This document shows, piece by piece, positions 19,166 through 28,661 of a DNA stretch of 64,000 nt. Each line of letters starts with the position of its first letter. Position 1 is the stretch's first letter. The translations under genes were made by a program, and so were the position numbers. Below the pieces are notes generated by a model that did not search any database, was not told where the DNA came from, and saw only the letters and a program-made list of their open reading frames with translations. Source of the DNA: Candidatus Caldarchaeales archaeon (GTDB lineage Archaea > Thermoproteota > Nitrososphaeria_A > Caldarchaeales > Wolframiiraptoraceae); contig JBCNVN010000001.1 of the NCBI GenBank assembly GCA_039630055.1, positions 164,746 to 228,745 on the forward strand, given 5' to 3'.

Positions 19166-20359
19166 ATGAGCAAAGTCGAGTATGCTAAAAGAGTGGCTCT
19201 GATGGGGGATGAGGCTGTAGCATATGCAGTTAAACAAGCAGATGTAGATGTTATAGCGGCTTACCCTATAACCCCCCAGACATTAATCGTAGAGAGGCTT
19301 AGCAAGTATGTTGCAGACGGAGAGTTAAATGCTGCCTTCATCCAAGCTGAGAGCGAGCACTCAGCTCTCTCTATCTGTGTAGGTGCTGCACTTGCCGGGG
19401 CTAGAACGTTCACGTCTACAGCAAGTCAGGGTCTCGCATTAATGCATGAGATACTCTTTATCGCCTCCTCTATGAGAGCGCCTATAGTTATGGCCATAGC
19501 CAACAGGGCACTTAACTCTCCACTAAATATTCACTGCGACCACTCAGATATTATGGATGCGAGAGATACTGGATGGGTACATCTGTTTGCAAACAATGTC
19601 CAGCAAGTATATGACCTTACCCTCATAGCCTTCAAGATGAGTGAAGATCAAAACTTGTTGCTTCCTGTATCAGTGAATCTAGACGGATTCATACTAACTC
19701 ATAGTATCGAGCCTCTCGAAGTCTTACCAGATGAAGAAGTTTGTCAGTTCATCCCCCATAGACCTTATCGATACGAGATAGATTTCGAGAAGCCTTTAGC
19801 ATATGGGGTTATGGCCTTACCAGATACTTATATGGAGTTTAGGAAGCAGCTCTATGAAGCAATACTAGGAGCTCCAGAAGTATTAGATAGGGTAACTAGA
19901 GAATACTACAAGATCTCTGGGAGAAAATATAATCCTATAGTTTCATACTATACTGAGGATGCAGATGCTGTAGTAGTAGCATTGGGATCAACTGTAGACA
20001 CTCTGAAATATGTGGCTAGAAAGCTTAGAGAGAAGGGTCTCAAGGTTGGTGTACTTGGAATAACTATGTATAGGCCCTTCCCGGAGAGAGAAATCTTGGA
20101 AGCCTTAGAGAATGTAAAATGTTTAGCCATCATGGATAGAGCATATTCTTATGGAGGTGTTGGAGGACCACTATATACAGATATCCTCTCAATGCTTTAC
20201 AAGCATGGGGTTAGAAAGATAGTTGCAGACTTTGTCTATGGACTTGGAGGAAGAGACTTCAAGATTACAGATTCAGAAGAGCTATTTAGAAAGATGATGG
20301 TAGCGATCGAGCATAATGGATATGATAGAGATATCTACTGGTGGGGGGTGAAAGAATAG
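19166..20359 (+). CDS. porA: Pyruvate/2-oxoacid:ferredoxin oxidoreductase alpha subunit
   Basis: AYPITPQT, ESEHSA, TASQGLALMHE, GLGGRD. Confidence 0.94.
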   Translation: MSKVEYAKRVALMGDEAVAYAVKQADVDVIAAYPITPQTLIVERLSKYVADGELNAAFIQAESEHSALSICVGAALAGARTFTSTASQGLALMHEILFIASSMRAPIVMAIANRALNSPLNIHCDHSDIMDARDTGWVHLFANNVQQVYDLTLIAFKMSEDQNLLLPVSVNLDGFILTHSIEPLEVLPDEEVCQFIPHRPYRYEIDFEKPLAYGVMALPDTYMEFRKQLYEAILGAPEVLDRVTREYYKISGRKYNPIVSYYTEDADAVVVALGSTVDTLKYVARKLREKGLKVGVLGITMYRPFPEREILEALENVKCLAIMDRAYSYGGVGGPLYTDILSMLYKHGVRKIVADFVYGLGGRDFKITDSEELFRKMMVAIEHNGYDRDIYWWGVKE

Positions 20360-20360
20360 T

Positions 20361-21308
20361 ATGACCACAATCGAGAAACATTTCAAGACGATAAGAGACC
20401 TGCCCGTAGAGGATTATTTCGCTCCTGGTCATAGACTATGTGCAGGATGCGGAGCCTCTCTTGCAGTGAAGCTTGCAATGAAGGCTATAAGAATGCCTAC
20501 AGTTGTAGTTAATGCAACTGGATGCGTAGAGGTTTCTACATCGATGTTTCCATATGTTAGTTGGAGGGTTCCATGGGTTCACATAGCATTCGAGAATACT
20601 GCAGCGGTTGCAAGCGGAATATCGGAGGGATTAAAGATTCTAAACAAGAAAAGGGGTAAGATGATGCATGACGTCATCGCGATAAGTGGAGATGGTGGAA
20701 CATTCGACATCGGCTTACAGGCTCTCTCAGGAGCTTTGGAAAGAGGTCATAAGATGCTCTACATATGCTATGATAACGAAGCCTACATGAATACAGGCGT
20801 CCAGAGGTCTGGGGCAACCCCTATAGGTGCGGCTACTACGACCAGCCCTATCGGACAATTGATCCCCGGTAAACAAGAGAGGAAGAAAGACTTGATAGGA
20901 ATAGTTGCGGCTCATAGAATACCTTATGCGGCCACAGCCTCTATCTCTCATCCTCTAGACTTTGTAAACAAGGTTAGGAAAGCTCTAGAGATTGAGGGGC
21001 CGACGTTTATCCATGTTATAACACCGTGCGCCCTAGGTTGGAGGCATCCACCATCGCAGACGATCAAGATCGCTAGACTAGCTGTTGAGACTAGATATTT
21101 CCCAGTATACGAGGTTGAGGAGGGTAGGGTTAAGATAAACATTAGAGTATCGAGACCTAGACCTCTTGAAGAGTTCTTGGAAGCACAGGGAAGATTCAAG
21201 CATCTCTTCGAACCTCAGAATAGGCATATTCTAGAAAATCTTAAAACTCAGATTGAAGAAAATTGGAATAGGCTTTTAAGGCTAGAAGAGCTAGGTATAC
21301 GTATCTGA
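20361..21308 (+). CDS. porB: Pyruvate/2-oxoacid:ferredoxin oxidoreductase beta subunit
   Basis: GHRLCAGCG, GDGGTFDIG TPP motif, YDNEAYMNTG. Confidence 0.94.
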   Translation: MTTIEKHFKTIRDLPVEDYFAPGHRLCAGCGASLAVKLAMKAIRMPTVVVNATGCVEVSTSMFPYVSWRVPWVHIAFENTAAVASGISEGLKILNKKRGKMMHDVIAISGDGGTFDIGLQALSGALERGHKMLYICYDNEAYMNTGVQRSGATPIGAATTTSPIGQLIPGKQERKKDLIGIVAAHRIPYAATASISHPLDFVNKVRKALEIEGPTFIHVITPCALGWRHPPSQTIKIARLAVETRYFPVYEVEEGRVKINIRVSRPRPLEEFLEAQGRFKHLFEPQNRHILENLKTQIEENWNRLLRLEELGIRI

Positions 21309-21354
21309 TAGTTTTACCTTTTATCTCCACACTATTTTTTATAGATTTAGATTT

Positions 21355-22335
21355 TTATAGAATGTTGATCCCTGTGATAGCTTGAATCTTAGAGATTATC
21401 GAACTAGTCAGTTTATCATCTAATCTTGTCCTAATATCATATAGAGATACAAGCATCTCATTTACCCTTCTAACCACCCTCTGAGGATATGGTATAGACC
21501 TGAACTCTATATACAGTCTCTCCAAATCTTTATATGTTAAGGTTTTACCATAGAGAGCTCTGAGGATCGCTGACAGCTGGTTTAAAGTAGCCCTATAGCA
21601 ATTTATATGTGAAGAATGATTGTATAGACAGTTACCACAGTTTGATGCTAAAAGCTCTCTCATAGGACCTCTATTAGTGATCCTTACATGTTTTGCAACC
21701 TTGACATAGTTATCTTTCTTCAACCTAGACAAAGCTTTGTAGAGTGTACTGACGCTAATCCCTCCTTTAAGCACTCTCCTGAAAAGTTCATCTACAGTCG
21801 ATTCTCCATATATACAGAGATAATCTATAATCTTCTGATAGAGTGTTGGTGGAGCTTTAGATAGATATTCTTCTAACTTCTTCTGTAGTAGGTTTAACAT
21901 CATACTGTACTCTGGGACTGAGTCAAATCCTAGCCTTCTAAAACATGTCTCAACTTGAAGATTAAAATCGTTCATCATAGTAGATGATAAAGAATCATAG
22001 TCTGTAGACTTCATATAAGAGTTAAGGAGAGACCATAAGTAGTATACGCATTCATCTTTCCATCCACTCCTAACAATCCACGAAAACTTATTTAATGCAT
22101 CTAGTGTAGATAGTTTATCTACAAAGTATATCTCCCTGGTAGCTTTCTTGAAGAAATTCTTGGATGATAGCCTCTCTAAGGCCTCTATACCCCTATTATT
22201 CATAGCCACCAAGACAGCATCTTGATCGTTTGATCTCTCAACGAGAACAATAAGTGGAGACCTGATATAGTTCTCTTCACTAAATTCGTATGGTTTGAAT
22301 TCTGCTAAGAGGGATAGTAGTTCGACCTCTTTCAC
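21355..22335 (-). CDS. Hypothetical protein with internal winged-HTH and CxxC-x9-C cluster; putative transcription regulator
   Basis: YQKIIDYLCIYGESTVDELF...ISVSTLYKALSRLKKDNYV resembles a wHTH; followed by NCGNCLYNHSSHINC; divergent from the kor-hdr-etf operon. Confidence 0.55.
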   Translation of the reverse strand: MKEVELLSLLAEFKPYEFSEENYIRSPLIVLVERSNDQDAVLVAMNNRGIEALERLSSKNFFKKATREIYFVDKLSTLDALNKFSWIVRSGWKDECVYYLWSLLNSYMKSTDYDSLSSTMMNDFNLQVETCFRRLGFDSVPEYSMMLNLLQKKLEEYLSKAPPTLYQKIIDYLCIYGESTVDELFRRVLKGGISVSTLYKALSRLKKDNYVKVAKHVRITNRGPMRELLASNCGNCLYNHSSHINCYRATLNQLSAILRALYGKTLTYKDLERLYIEFRSIPYPQRVVRRVNEMLVSLYDIRTRLDDKLTSSIISKIQAITGINIL

Positions 22336-22351
22336 ATAGAAAATATTGGAA

Positions 22352-22380
22352 AAAAGCGAATATTAGCTTTTCTTTAAATA
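22352..22380 (+). promoter_or_regulatory. 20-bp near-palindrome next to the TATA box of the kor-hdr-etf operon
   Basis: AAAAGCGAAT|ATTAGCTTTT (22352-22371, one mismatch), then TTTAAATA at 22373-22380. Confidence 0.55.
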
Positions 22381-22424
22381 AGCCCGAACGATACAATCTA
22401 TGTAAAAAGTCTGGGTGATAGCCA

Positions 22425-22709
22425 GTGTCATTAAAGATTATTAGAGAACCGATAAATAAGAATATACAAAAAATACCCCTCGGGATCATAAATATCATAC
22501 CTGAAAGATGTAAAGAATGCGGTTTCTGTGTAGAGCTCTGCCCTAGGGATGTCCTAAAGGTTGGTGAAGAACGAAATATGAAAGGTTATAGGTGGCCAAA
22601 GATAGCGGATGGAAAAGCCTATGATTGTATCGCTTGTAGAATGTGTGAATGGATATGTCCAGAATTCGCTATATTTGTCAAAGAAGTCGATAGGAGGGAG
22701 TTCAGCTGA
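22425..22709 (+). CDS. korD: 2-oxoacid:ferredoxin oxidoreductase delta subunit (2x[4Fe-4S])
   Basis: CKECGFCVELCP, CIACRMCEWICPEFAI. Confidence 0.88.
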   Translation: MSLKIIREPINKNIQKIPLGIINIIPERCKECGFCVELCPRDVLKVGEERNMKGYRWPKIADGKAYDCIACRMCEWICPEFAIFVKEVDRREFS

Positions 22710-23854
22710 TGTCCAGCGAGCTTAAGCTCTTAAAGCCGGGGATACACTTTATGATGGGTAATATAGCTTGTGCAGAGGCTGCGTTGATAGCTGGATGCGG
22801 ATTTTATGCAGGATATCCAATAACACCCTCCAATGAAATAGCTGAGCATATGAGTAGAAGGATGCCTGAATTGGGAAGACATTTTATACAGATGGAGGAT
22901 GAGATAGCAAGTATAGTAGCAGTTCTCGGCGCTTCTGCAGGAGGGGTGAAGAGTATGACCGCTACATCCGGTCCAGGCTTCTCATTAATGATGGAGACGA
23001 TTGGTTTATCAGCTATGCTCGAGCTCCCATGTGTAATAGTAGATGTTCAGAGAGCGGGGCCGAGCACAGGGATCCCCACCTTTGTAGGTCAAGGAGATGT
23101 CATGCAGGCTAGATGGGGATCTCATGGAGATTATGAGCTAGTAGTCTTCTCACCATCATCCGTTCAAGAATTCTTCGATCTAACTATTGAAGCATTTAAT
23201 GTATCGGAATGGCTGCGGATACCAGTGATCGTTCTGTCAGATGAGGTCGTAGGTCACATGTACGGTAAACTTGAAGTCCAGCCATACGAAAAGATCACAA
23301 TAATCAATAGAAAGAAGTATGATGGAGCTAAAGAAGATTATCTTCCATACGATTATGAGACACTAGTCCCATACTTTGTAGCTGCTGGGGATGGATATAG
23401 AATACATATGACTGGCTTGACACATGATGAGAGAGGATATCCATCTCTAGAGATAGAAGACTCTAATAAACTTATAGAGAGACTGGTTATGAAGGTGAGG
23501 AAGAATGCAAGAAACCTATGGAAATACGAGAGCTACTTCATAGATGATGCGGATGTAATCGTTATAACCTTTGGCATAACAGCTAGATCGGCGACAGAAG
23601 CAGTTAAGAGAGCGAGAAGTGAGGGTTTGAAAGTTGGTCTACTCAAACTATTGACGCTGTGGCCTTTCCCAGAAGAACCTGTTAAGACCGCTACCCAGTA
23701 TGCGAGGAGAGTTCTCGTAGCCGAGATAAATATGGGTCAGCTAATCCATCCGGTTAAAGAGGTTGCAGAATGTCCAGTAGCAGGAATAAATTATCCAATA
23801 GGTTACGTTCCACCACCAGAATATATTCTAGACGGTATTAGGGCGGCGGTGTGA
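22709..23854 (+). CDS. korA: 2-oxoglutarate-type 2-oxoacid:ferredoxin oxidoreductase alpha subunit
   Basis: AGYPITPS, QMEDEIAS, TATSGPGFSLM, QRAGPSTG. Confidence 0.9.
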   Translation: MSSELKLLKPGIHFMMGNIACAEAALIAGCGFYAGYPITPSNEIAEHMSRRMPELGRHFIQMEDEIASIVAVLGASAGGVKSMTATSGPGFSLMMETIGLSAMLELPCVIVDVQRAGPSTGIPTFVGQGDVMQARWGSHGDYELVVFSPSSVQEFFDLTIEAFNVSEWLRIPVIVLSDEVVGHMYGKLEVQPYEKITIINRKKYDGAKEDYLPYDYETLVPYFVAAGDGYRIHMTGLTHDERGYPSLEIEDSNKLIERLVMKVRKNARNLWKYESYFIDDADVIVITFGITARSATEAVKRARSEGLKVGLLKLLTLWPFPEEPVKTATQYARRVLVAEINMGQLIHPVKEVAECPVAGINYPIGYVPPPEYILDGIRAAV

Positions 23855-24723
23855 TGGGGATGGCTCAGAAACAGATTCTGAGAGAAAATATCGTTGGAGA
23901 AACCCCGAGAGATGACCTTATAAGGAAAGATAGATTTCCTCACATATGGTGTCCAGGATGCTCTTTAGGAACGGTCTTGAAATGCTATGTAGAAGCTATC
24001 GCATCTTCCAATATACCTGTAGATAAGCATGTGGTGGTATCAGGGATAGGTTGTACTGGTAGGATTGCTGGATACGTTAAACTCGACTCTTATCATGTTA
24101 CACATGGAAGACCGATAGCATTTGCTGAAGGTTTAAGGATCGTTAGACCAGACTTAGAAGTAACAGTTATCAGTGGAGACGGAGACCTAGTGACCATAGG
24201 TGGAAACCATTTCATACATGCCATTAGAAGAAATGTCGATATAAACGTCTTCCTCGTCAATAACTTCATATATGGGATGACTGGGAACCAGATGGGATCA
24301 ACCACACCAATAGGAGCGAAGAGTTCTACGAGCCCATATGGTTGCCCAGAACACCCATTCAATCTTCCTCTACTAGTAGCATCCCTAGGAGCGCCATTTG
24401 TCGCAAGATGGACTACCCTTCATGCTAGACAACTTGCAGATGCGATGAAGAGAGCTATGCAGGTTAAAGGATTTGCATTTATAGAGATAATAACCTCATG
24501 TCCGGTTGGATTCGGATCATATAATGAGTTGAGAGATGGTCTAGACTTCATAAAACTATTCAGAGAGAGCTGCGTAGTAGATCATACAGCAGATCTTAGC
24601 AAAGTTGGAATTACACTAAGACCTGGTGAGCCTATAATTCTTGGAAACTTCGTTGATAGAGAGGTCCCAAGCTATCATGATCTGGAAAGAGAGGTTTTCA
24701 AGAAGGCTGGGTGGTTAAAGTGA
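23851..24723 (+). CDS. korB: 2-oxoacid:ferredoxin oxidoreductase beta subunit
   Basis: WCPGC, SGIGCTGR, HGR, GDGD, NNFIYGMTG. Confidence 0.9.
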   Translation: MMGMAQKQILRENIVGETPRDDLIRKDRFPHIWCPGCSLGTVLKCYVEAIASSNIPVDKHVVVSGIGCTGRIAGYVKLDSYHVTHGRPIAFAEGLRIVRPDLEVTVISGDGDLVTIGGNHFIHAIRRNVDINVFLVNNFIYGMTGNQMGSTTPIGAKSSTSPYGCPEHPFNLPLLVASLGAPFVARWTTLHARQLADAMKRAMQVKGFAFIEIITSCPVGFGSYNELRDGLDFIKLFRESCVVDHTADLSKVGITLRPGEPIILGNFVDREVPSYHDLEREVFKKAGWLK

Positions 24724-25247
24724 GATGGGATATTAGATGGGCTGGATTCGGTGGTCAAGGAGTTATTAGAGCTGGAGAGCTACTTGGGAGAGCCGCTGTG
24801 AGACAGGGATTGGACTCTGCTATGAGACCTATGTATGGTCCCGAGAAGACGGGTGGATGGTCTAGAGCCGATGTAGTCATCTCAGATCAGCCGATAATCT
24901 TCCCCCTAATAGTTAGACCCGATATACTCGTAGCTATGTCTCAAGATGGTATGAATAGGGATGGTGCATCCCTCAGAAAAGATGGATACTTACTGATAGA
25001 TGGAGAATTGGTGAAGGATATAAGATGTCATCCTTCCAAGATATACTCTGTCGAGGCAACTAGCATAGCAGATAATCTAGGAAGAAGGATAATGGCGAAC
25101 ATCGTTATGCTGGGAGCTTTTACCAAGGCATTCAAGATAGTGGACCGAGAGATTCTTCTAAAGACGATAATGGAGACTTTTCCAAAAGCTGCTGAACTCA
25201 ATAAGAAAGCCTTCCAGCTAGGTGAAGAAAATTTGAAGGAGGTGTAG
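24711..25247 (+). CDS. korG: 2-oxoacid:ferredoxin oxidoreductase gamma subunit
   Basis: AGFGGQGV, YGPEKTGG, ANIVMLGA. Confidence 0.9.
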   Translation: MVKVRWDIRWAGFGGQGVIRAGELLGRAAVRQGLDSAMRPMYGPEKTGGWSRADVVISDQPIIFPLIVRPDILVAMSQDGMNRDGASLRKDGYLLIDGELVKDIRCHPSKIYSVEATSIADNLGRRIMANIVMLGAFTKAFKIVDREILLKTIMETFPKAAELNKKAFQLGEENLKEV

Positions 25248-25253
25248 ACATAG

Positions 25254-28200
25254 TTGCCTGATGAGGTATTGGTTATAGGTGGAGGTATAGCTGGGATACA
25301 GTGTTCGTTGGACTTGGCCAATGCAGGTGTAAAAGTAGTTCTAGTCGAGAAGTCTCCGACCATCGGTGGGAAGATGGCTATACTAGATAAGAACTTCCCA
25401 ACACTAGACTGTTCTATCTGTATCGAGGCACCTAAGATGAGCGAGGTTGGGAAGCATCCCAACATAGAACTACTAACTCTAGCCGAGGTAGTGAATGTAG
25501 AGAGAGATGGTAAAGACTATGTGGTTGAGATATATCAGAAGCCTCGATATGTAACAAGCGAATGTAGTAGATGTGGTCTCTGCATAGATGCATGTCCCGT
25601 ACTCTTGAAGAATGAGTTCGATTATGGAATGGCTGTTAGAAAAGCGATATATACCCCTATACCTCAGTCAGAGCCTGGAGCATACGTCATTGATATCGAG
25701 AACTGCTTGAACAAGCCTCCAAACTATCTTCCATGCGATAGATGTATCCAAGTATGTGGCCCGAAATGCATAGACTTCTTCATGAAGCCTAAACTGATAA
25801 AGAAGAAGGTCAAGGCGATAATCATAGCAACAGGGTTCGAGGTCTTCGATGCAACGAGAATACCTGACTATGCTTACGGACTACATCCAGATGTATTAAC
25901 CTCTATCGAGTATGAAAGACTTCTACAATCGACCGGTCCAAGCGGAGGAGAGATAGTCAAACCTAGTAATGGAAAACATCCTGAGAATATACTATTCATA
26001 CTCTGTGTTGGTTCGAGAGATCCTAGATATAACAGATATTGTTCAAGGTTCTGCTGTATGTATACTATAAAAGAGGCGGTCCAGACGGTGGAACATGGAA
26101 TAAAGAATGTAGACATACTCTACATGGATATCCGAGCATATGGTAAAGGGTTTGATGGATTCTATAAGAGGGCTAAAGAAGAGGGTGTAAGATTCATAAA
26201 AGGGAGGGCTGGAAGAGTAATACCGGATGGAGAGAAGCTGAAGGTAAGATTTGAAAATATTGCTGATGGAAGGATGGAGGAGAAAGATTATGATATGATT
26301 GTTCTAGCAGTAGCTTCAGAGCCTCCGCCAGACCTAGCCAAATTGGCGAAAATACTAGGTATAGAGTTGGATGAAGATGGCTTTGTCAAGACTACACCTA
26401 TAAATGGAAAGATGGTGGCCACAAGCCGGGAAGGGATCTTCGTCTGTGGAGGAGCCTCAGGCCCCAAAGACATCGCAGATAGTGTTACAGAAGCGGGAGC
26501 AGCAGCCTCTGCAGCACTTGAATATATAAGAGAGAAGAGCTGGCCCTCGGAGGAGTTTAAAGAGACCATCCCATCGGAGGGAGAGCCGAGGGTAGGTGTA
26601 TTCGTATGCCATTGTGGGTCGAATATCGCAGGGGTAGCAGATGTTAAATTGCTCGCTGAAGAGGCTGGAAAGATCCCTGGCGTAGTCCACTCTGAAGATC
26701 TTAGATTTGCATGCGCAGGAGTATATACAAAGTACATTGAAGAAGTTATTAAAGAGAAGAAGATAAATAGGCTCGTCGTAGCCGCATGCTCTCCTAAAAC
26801 TCATACAAACGTATTTACTGGAGCTGCGATGAGGGCAGGCTTAAACCCCTACCTATTCGAGATGGCGAATATAAGAAATCTAGATACATGGGTTCATGCA
26901 GCTTATCCGAAGGAGGCAACAGAGAAAGCTCTAGACATGATAAAGATGGCGGTCGCCAAGGCGAAGCTGCTCAAGCCGCTTCACGTCGTCAAGCTTCCAG
27001 TAACTAGAAGAGCATTAGTCGTTGGAGGAGGTGTAGCAGGGATGGCGGCGGCCACCAGCTTGGCTCGTCAAGGTTTCGAAACATACCTTGTAGAAAAAGA
27101 AGATCGGTTGGGAGGACTATTGAGATACTTGGATACCATAGCGCCAGAGAATATTAAGGCAGAAGACCTCCTCAAAGAGATGGAGAGAGAACTATATGAT
27201 TCTGGGGTAAGGGTAATTCTCGGAGCAAAGATAGAGTCTGTCAGCGGATATATTGGAAACTTCTTGGTAAACCTATCTAATGGAGAGAAGCTAGAGGTTG
27301 GGTCGATTATACTGGCTACAGGTGCGAAACCCTATCAACCTCAAGGCCCATTCCAATCAAATGGTGGCCAGATAATTACTTCACTAGACTTAGATGGACG
27401 GCTCAAGAATGGAGATAACATGGATGCCAAGAACGTTGTCTTCATAGGATGTGTAGGATCTAGATATGATTCAAAAGGCTGCTCTAGATTCTGCTGTCAA
27501 GTAATGATAAAGCAGGCTGTAAAGTTGAGAGAGATTGGAAAGAATGTGTTCATACTATACAAGGATATTAGAACTTATAGTAGGAAGGCGGAAGAATTAT
27601 ATGAAAAGGCTAGATCTCTTGGAGTAAGATTCATAAAATATGACCCTGAGAAAAGGCCGGAAGAAGCGGTAAAGATAGAGAATGGATTTGTAACTGTTAG
27701 AGATGAACTACTTGGAGAAGATATCCAGATACCTGCCGACCTAATAGTCTTAAACATAGGCTTAACACCGAACGATGATATAAATCCAATAGTAGAACAG
27801 TTGAAGATAGCGAGAGATGAGGCAGGTTTCCTACTCGAACTCCATCCGAAGCTGGGTCCAGTAGAATCTATGGTGGGAGGAGTATTCTTGGCGGGAACAG
27901 CTCAAAACCCCAAAGATGTAAGGGAAGCGATCACTCAAGGTCTAGCCGCTGCAGCCAAAGCATCCGCACTACTCGCTAAAGATACTATCGATAAGGAGCC
28001 TCTAATGCCCAGGATCAACTATGATAAATGTACCTACTGTCAAAGATGTGTCCAAGTATGCACCTTCTCTGCTTTAAGAGGAGAGTTAAGAAAGAGTCTC
28101 GAGCTTATCAGTGCCCTCTGTCAAGGTTGTGGATGCTGCTCAGCTGAATGTATGGTTGGAGCGATAGAGGCTCCAGGATTTACAGATGAACAGATCATTG

Positions 28201-28661
28201 CTCAGATAGATGCAGCTCTAGAAGATAAACCTTATGAGAAAGCTATAGTGTTCGCATGTAACTGGTGCTCTTATGCGGGAGCAGACCAAGCAGGTATAGA
28301 GAAGCTCCAGTATCCTCCAAGCTCTAGAGTCATCAGGACTATGTGCTCTGCCAGGATCTCACAGAAATTCATATTGAGAGCATTCGAGAAGGGTGCGGCA
28401 GTGGTAATGGTTACGGGATGCTGGCCCCAAGACTGCCACTATAATTACGCCAACCTCAATACCGAGAAGAGGTTTAGGCAGTGGAGAAAGATGCTTGAGG
28501 CGAGAGGCATAAACCCTGAGAGACTGATACTCCACTGGAACAGTGCAGCCGAGAGCAAGAGGTGGGCGGCGAAGATGAAGGAGGTTGATGAGCTGATAAG
28601 AAAGATTCCGAGAGAAGAGATTATCGAGACAATCCAGAAGATTGGAGGTGTAAAGAAGTGA
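25254..28661 (+). CDS. hdrA: Heterodisulfide reductase A-like flavoprotein: two HdrA FAD modules fused to a C-terminal MvhD domain
   Basis: Two GGG(I/V)AG FAD motifs, LDKNFPTLDCSIC, CSRFCC twice, VGVFVCHCG, ferredoxin motifs, C-terminal FACNWCSYAGAD...GCWPQDCHY (MvhD [2Fe-2S]). Confidence 0.92.
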   Translation: MPDEVLVIGGGIAGIQCSLDLANAGVKVVLVEKSPTIGGKMAILDKNFPTLDCSICIEAPKMSEVGKHPNIELLTLAEVVNVERDGKDYVVEIYQKPRYVTSECSRCGLCIDACPVLLKNEFDYGMAVRKAIYTPIPQSEPGAYVIDIENCLNKPPNYLPCDRCIQVCGPKCIDFFMKPKLIKKKVKAIIIATGFEVFDATRIPDYAYGLHPDVLTSIEYERLLQSTGPSGGEIVKPSNGKHPENILFILCVGSRDPRYNRYCSRFCCMYTIKEAVQTVEHGIKNVDILYMDIRAYGKGFDGFYKRAKEEGVRFIKGRAGRVIPDGEKLKVRFENIADGRMEEKDYDMIVLAVASEPPPDLAKLAKILGIELDEDGFVKTTPINGKMVATSREGIFVCGGASGPKDIADSVTEAGAAASAALEYIREKSWPSEEFKETIPSEGEPRVGVFVCHCGSNIAGVADVKLLAEEAGKIPGVVHSEDLRFACAGVYTKYIEEVIKEKKINRLVVAACSPKTHTNVFTGAAMRAGLNPYLFEMANIRNLDTWVHAAYPKEATEKALDMIKMAVAKAKLLKPLHVVKLPVTRRALVVGGGVAGMAAATSLARQGFETYLVEKEDRLGGLLRYLDTIAPENIKAEDLLKEMERELYDSGVRVILGAKIESVSGYIGNFLVNLSNGEKLEVGSIILATGAKPYQPQGPFQSNGGQIITSLDLDGRLKNGDNMDAKNVVFIGCVGSRYDSKGCSRFCCQVMIKQAVKLREIGKNVFILYKDIRTYSRKAEELYEKARSLGVRFIKYDPEKRPEEAVKIENGFVTVRDELLGEDIQIPADLIVLNIGLTPNDDINPIVEQLKIARDEAGFLLELHPKLGPVESMVGGVFLAGTAQNPKDVREAITQGLAAAAKASALLAKDTIDKEPLMPRINYDKCTYCQRCVQVCTFSALRGELRKSLELISALCQGCGCCSAECMVGAIEAPGFTDEQIIAQIDAALEDKPYEKAIVFACNWCSYAGADQAGIEKLQYPPSSRVIRTMCSARISQKFILRAFEKGAAVVMVTGCWPQDCHYNYANLNTEKRFRQWRKMLEARGINPERLILHWNSAAESKRWAAKMKEVDELIRKIPREEIIETIQKIGGVKK

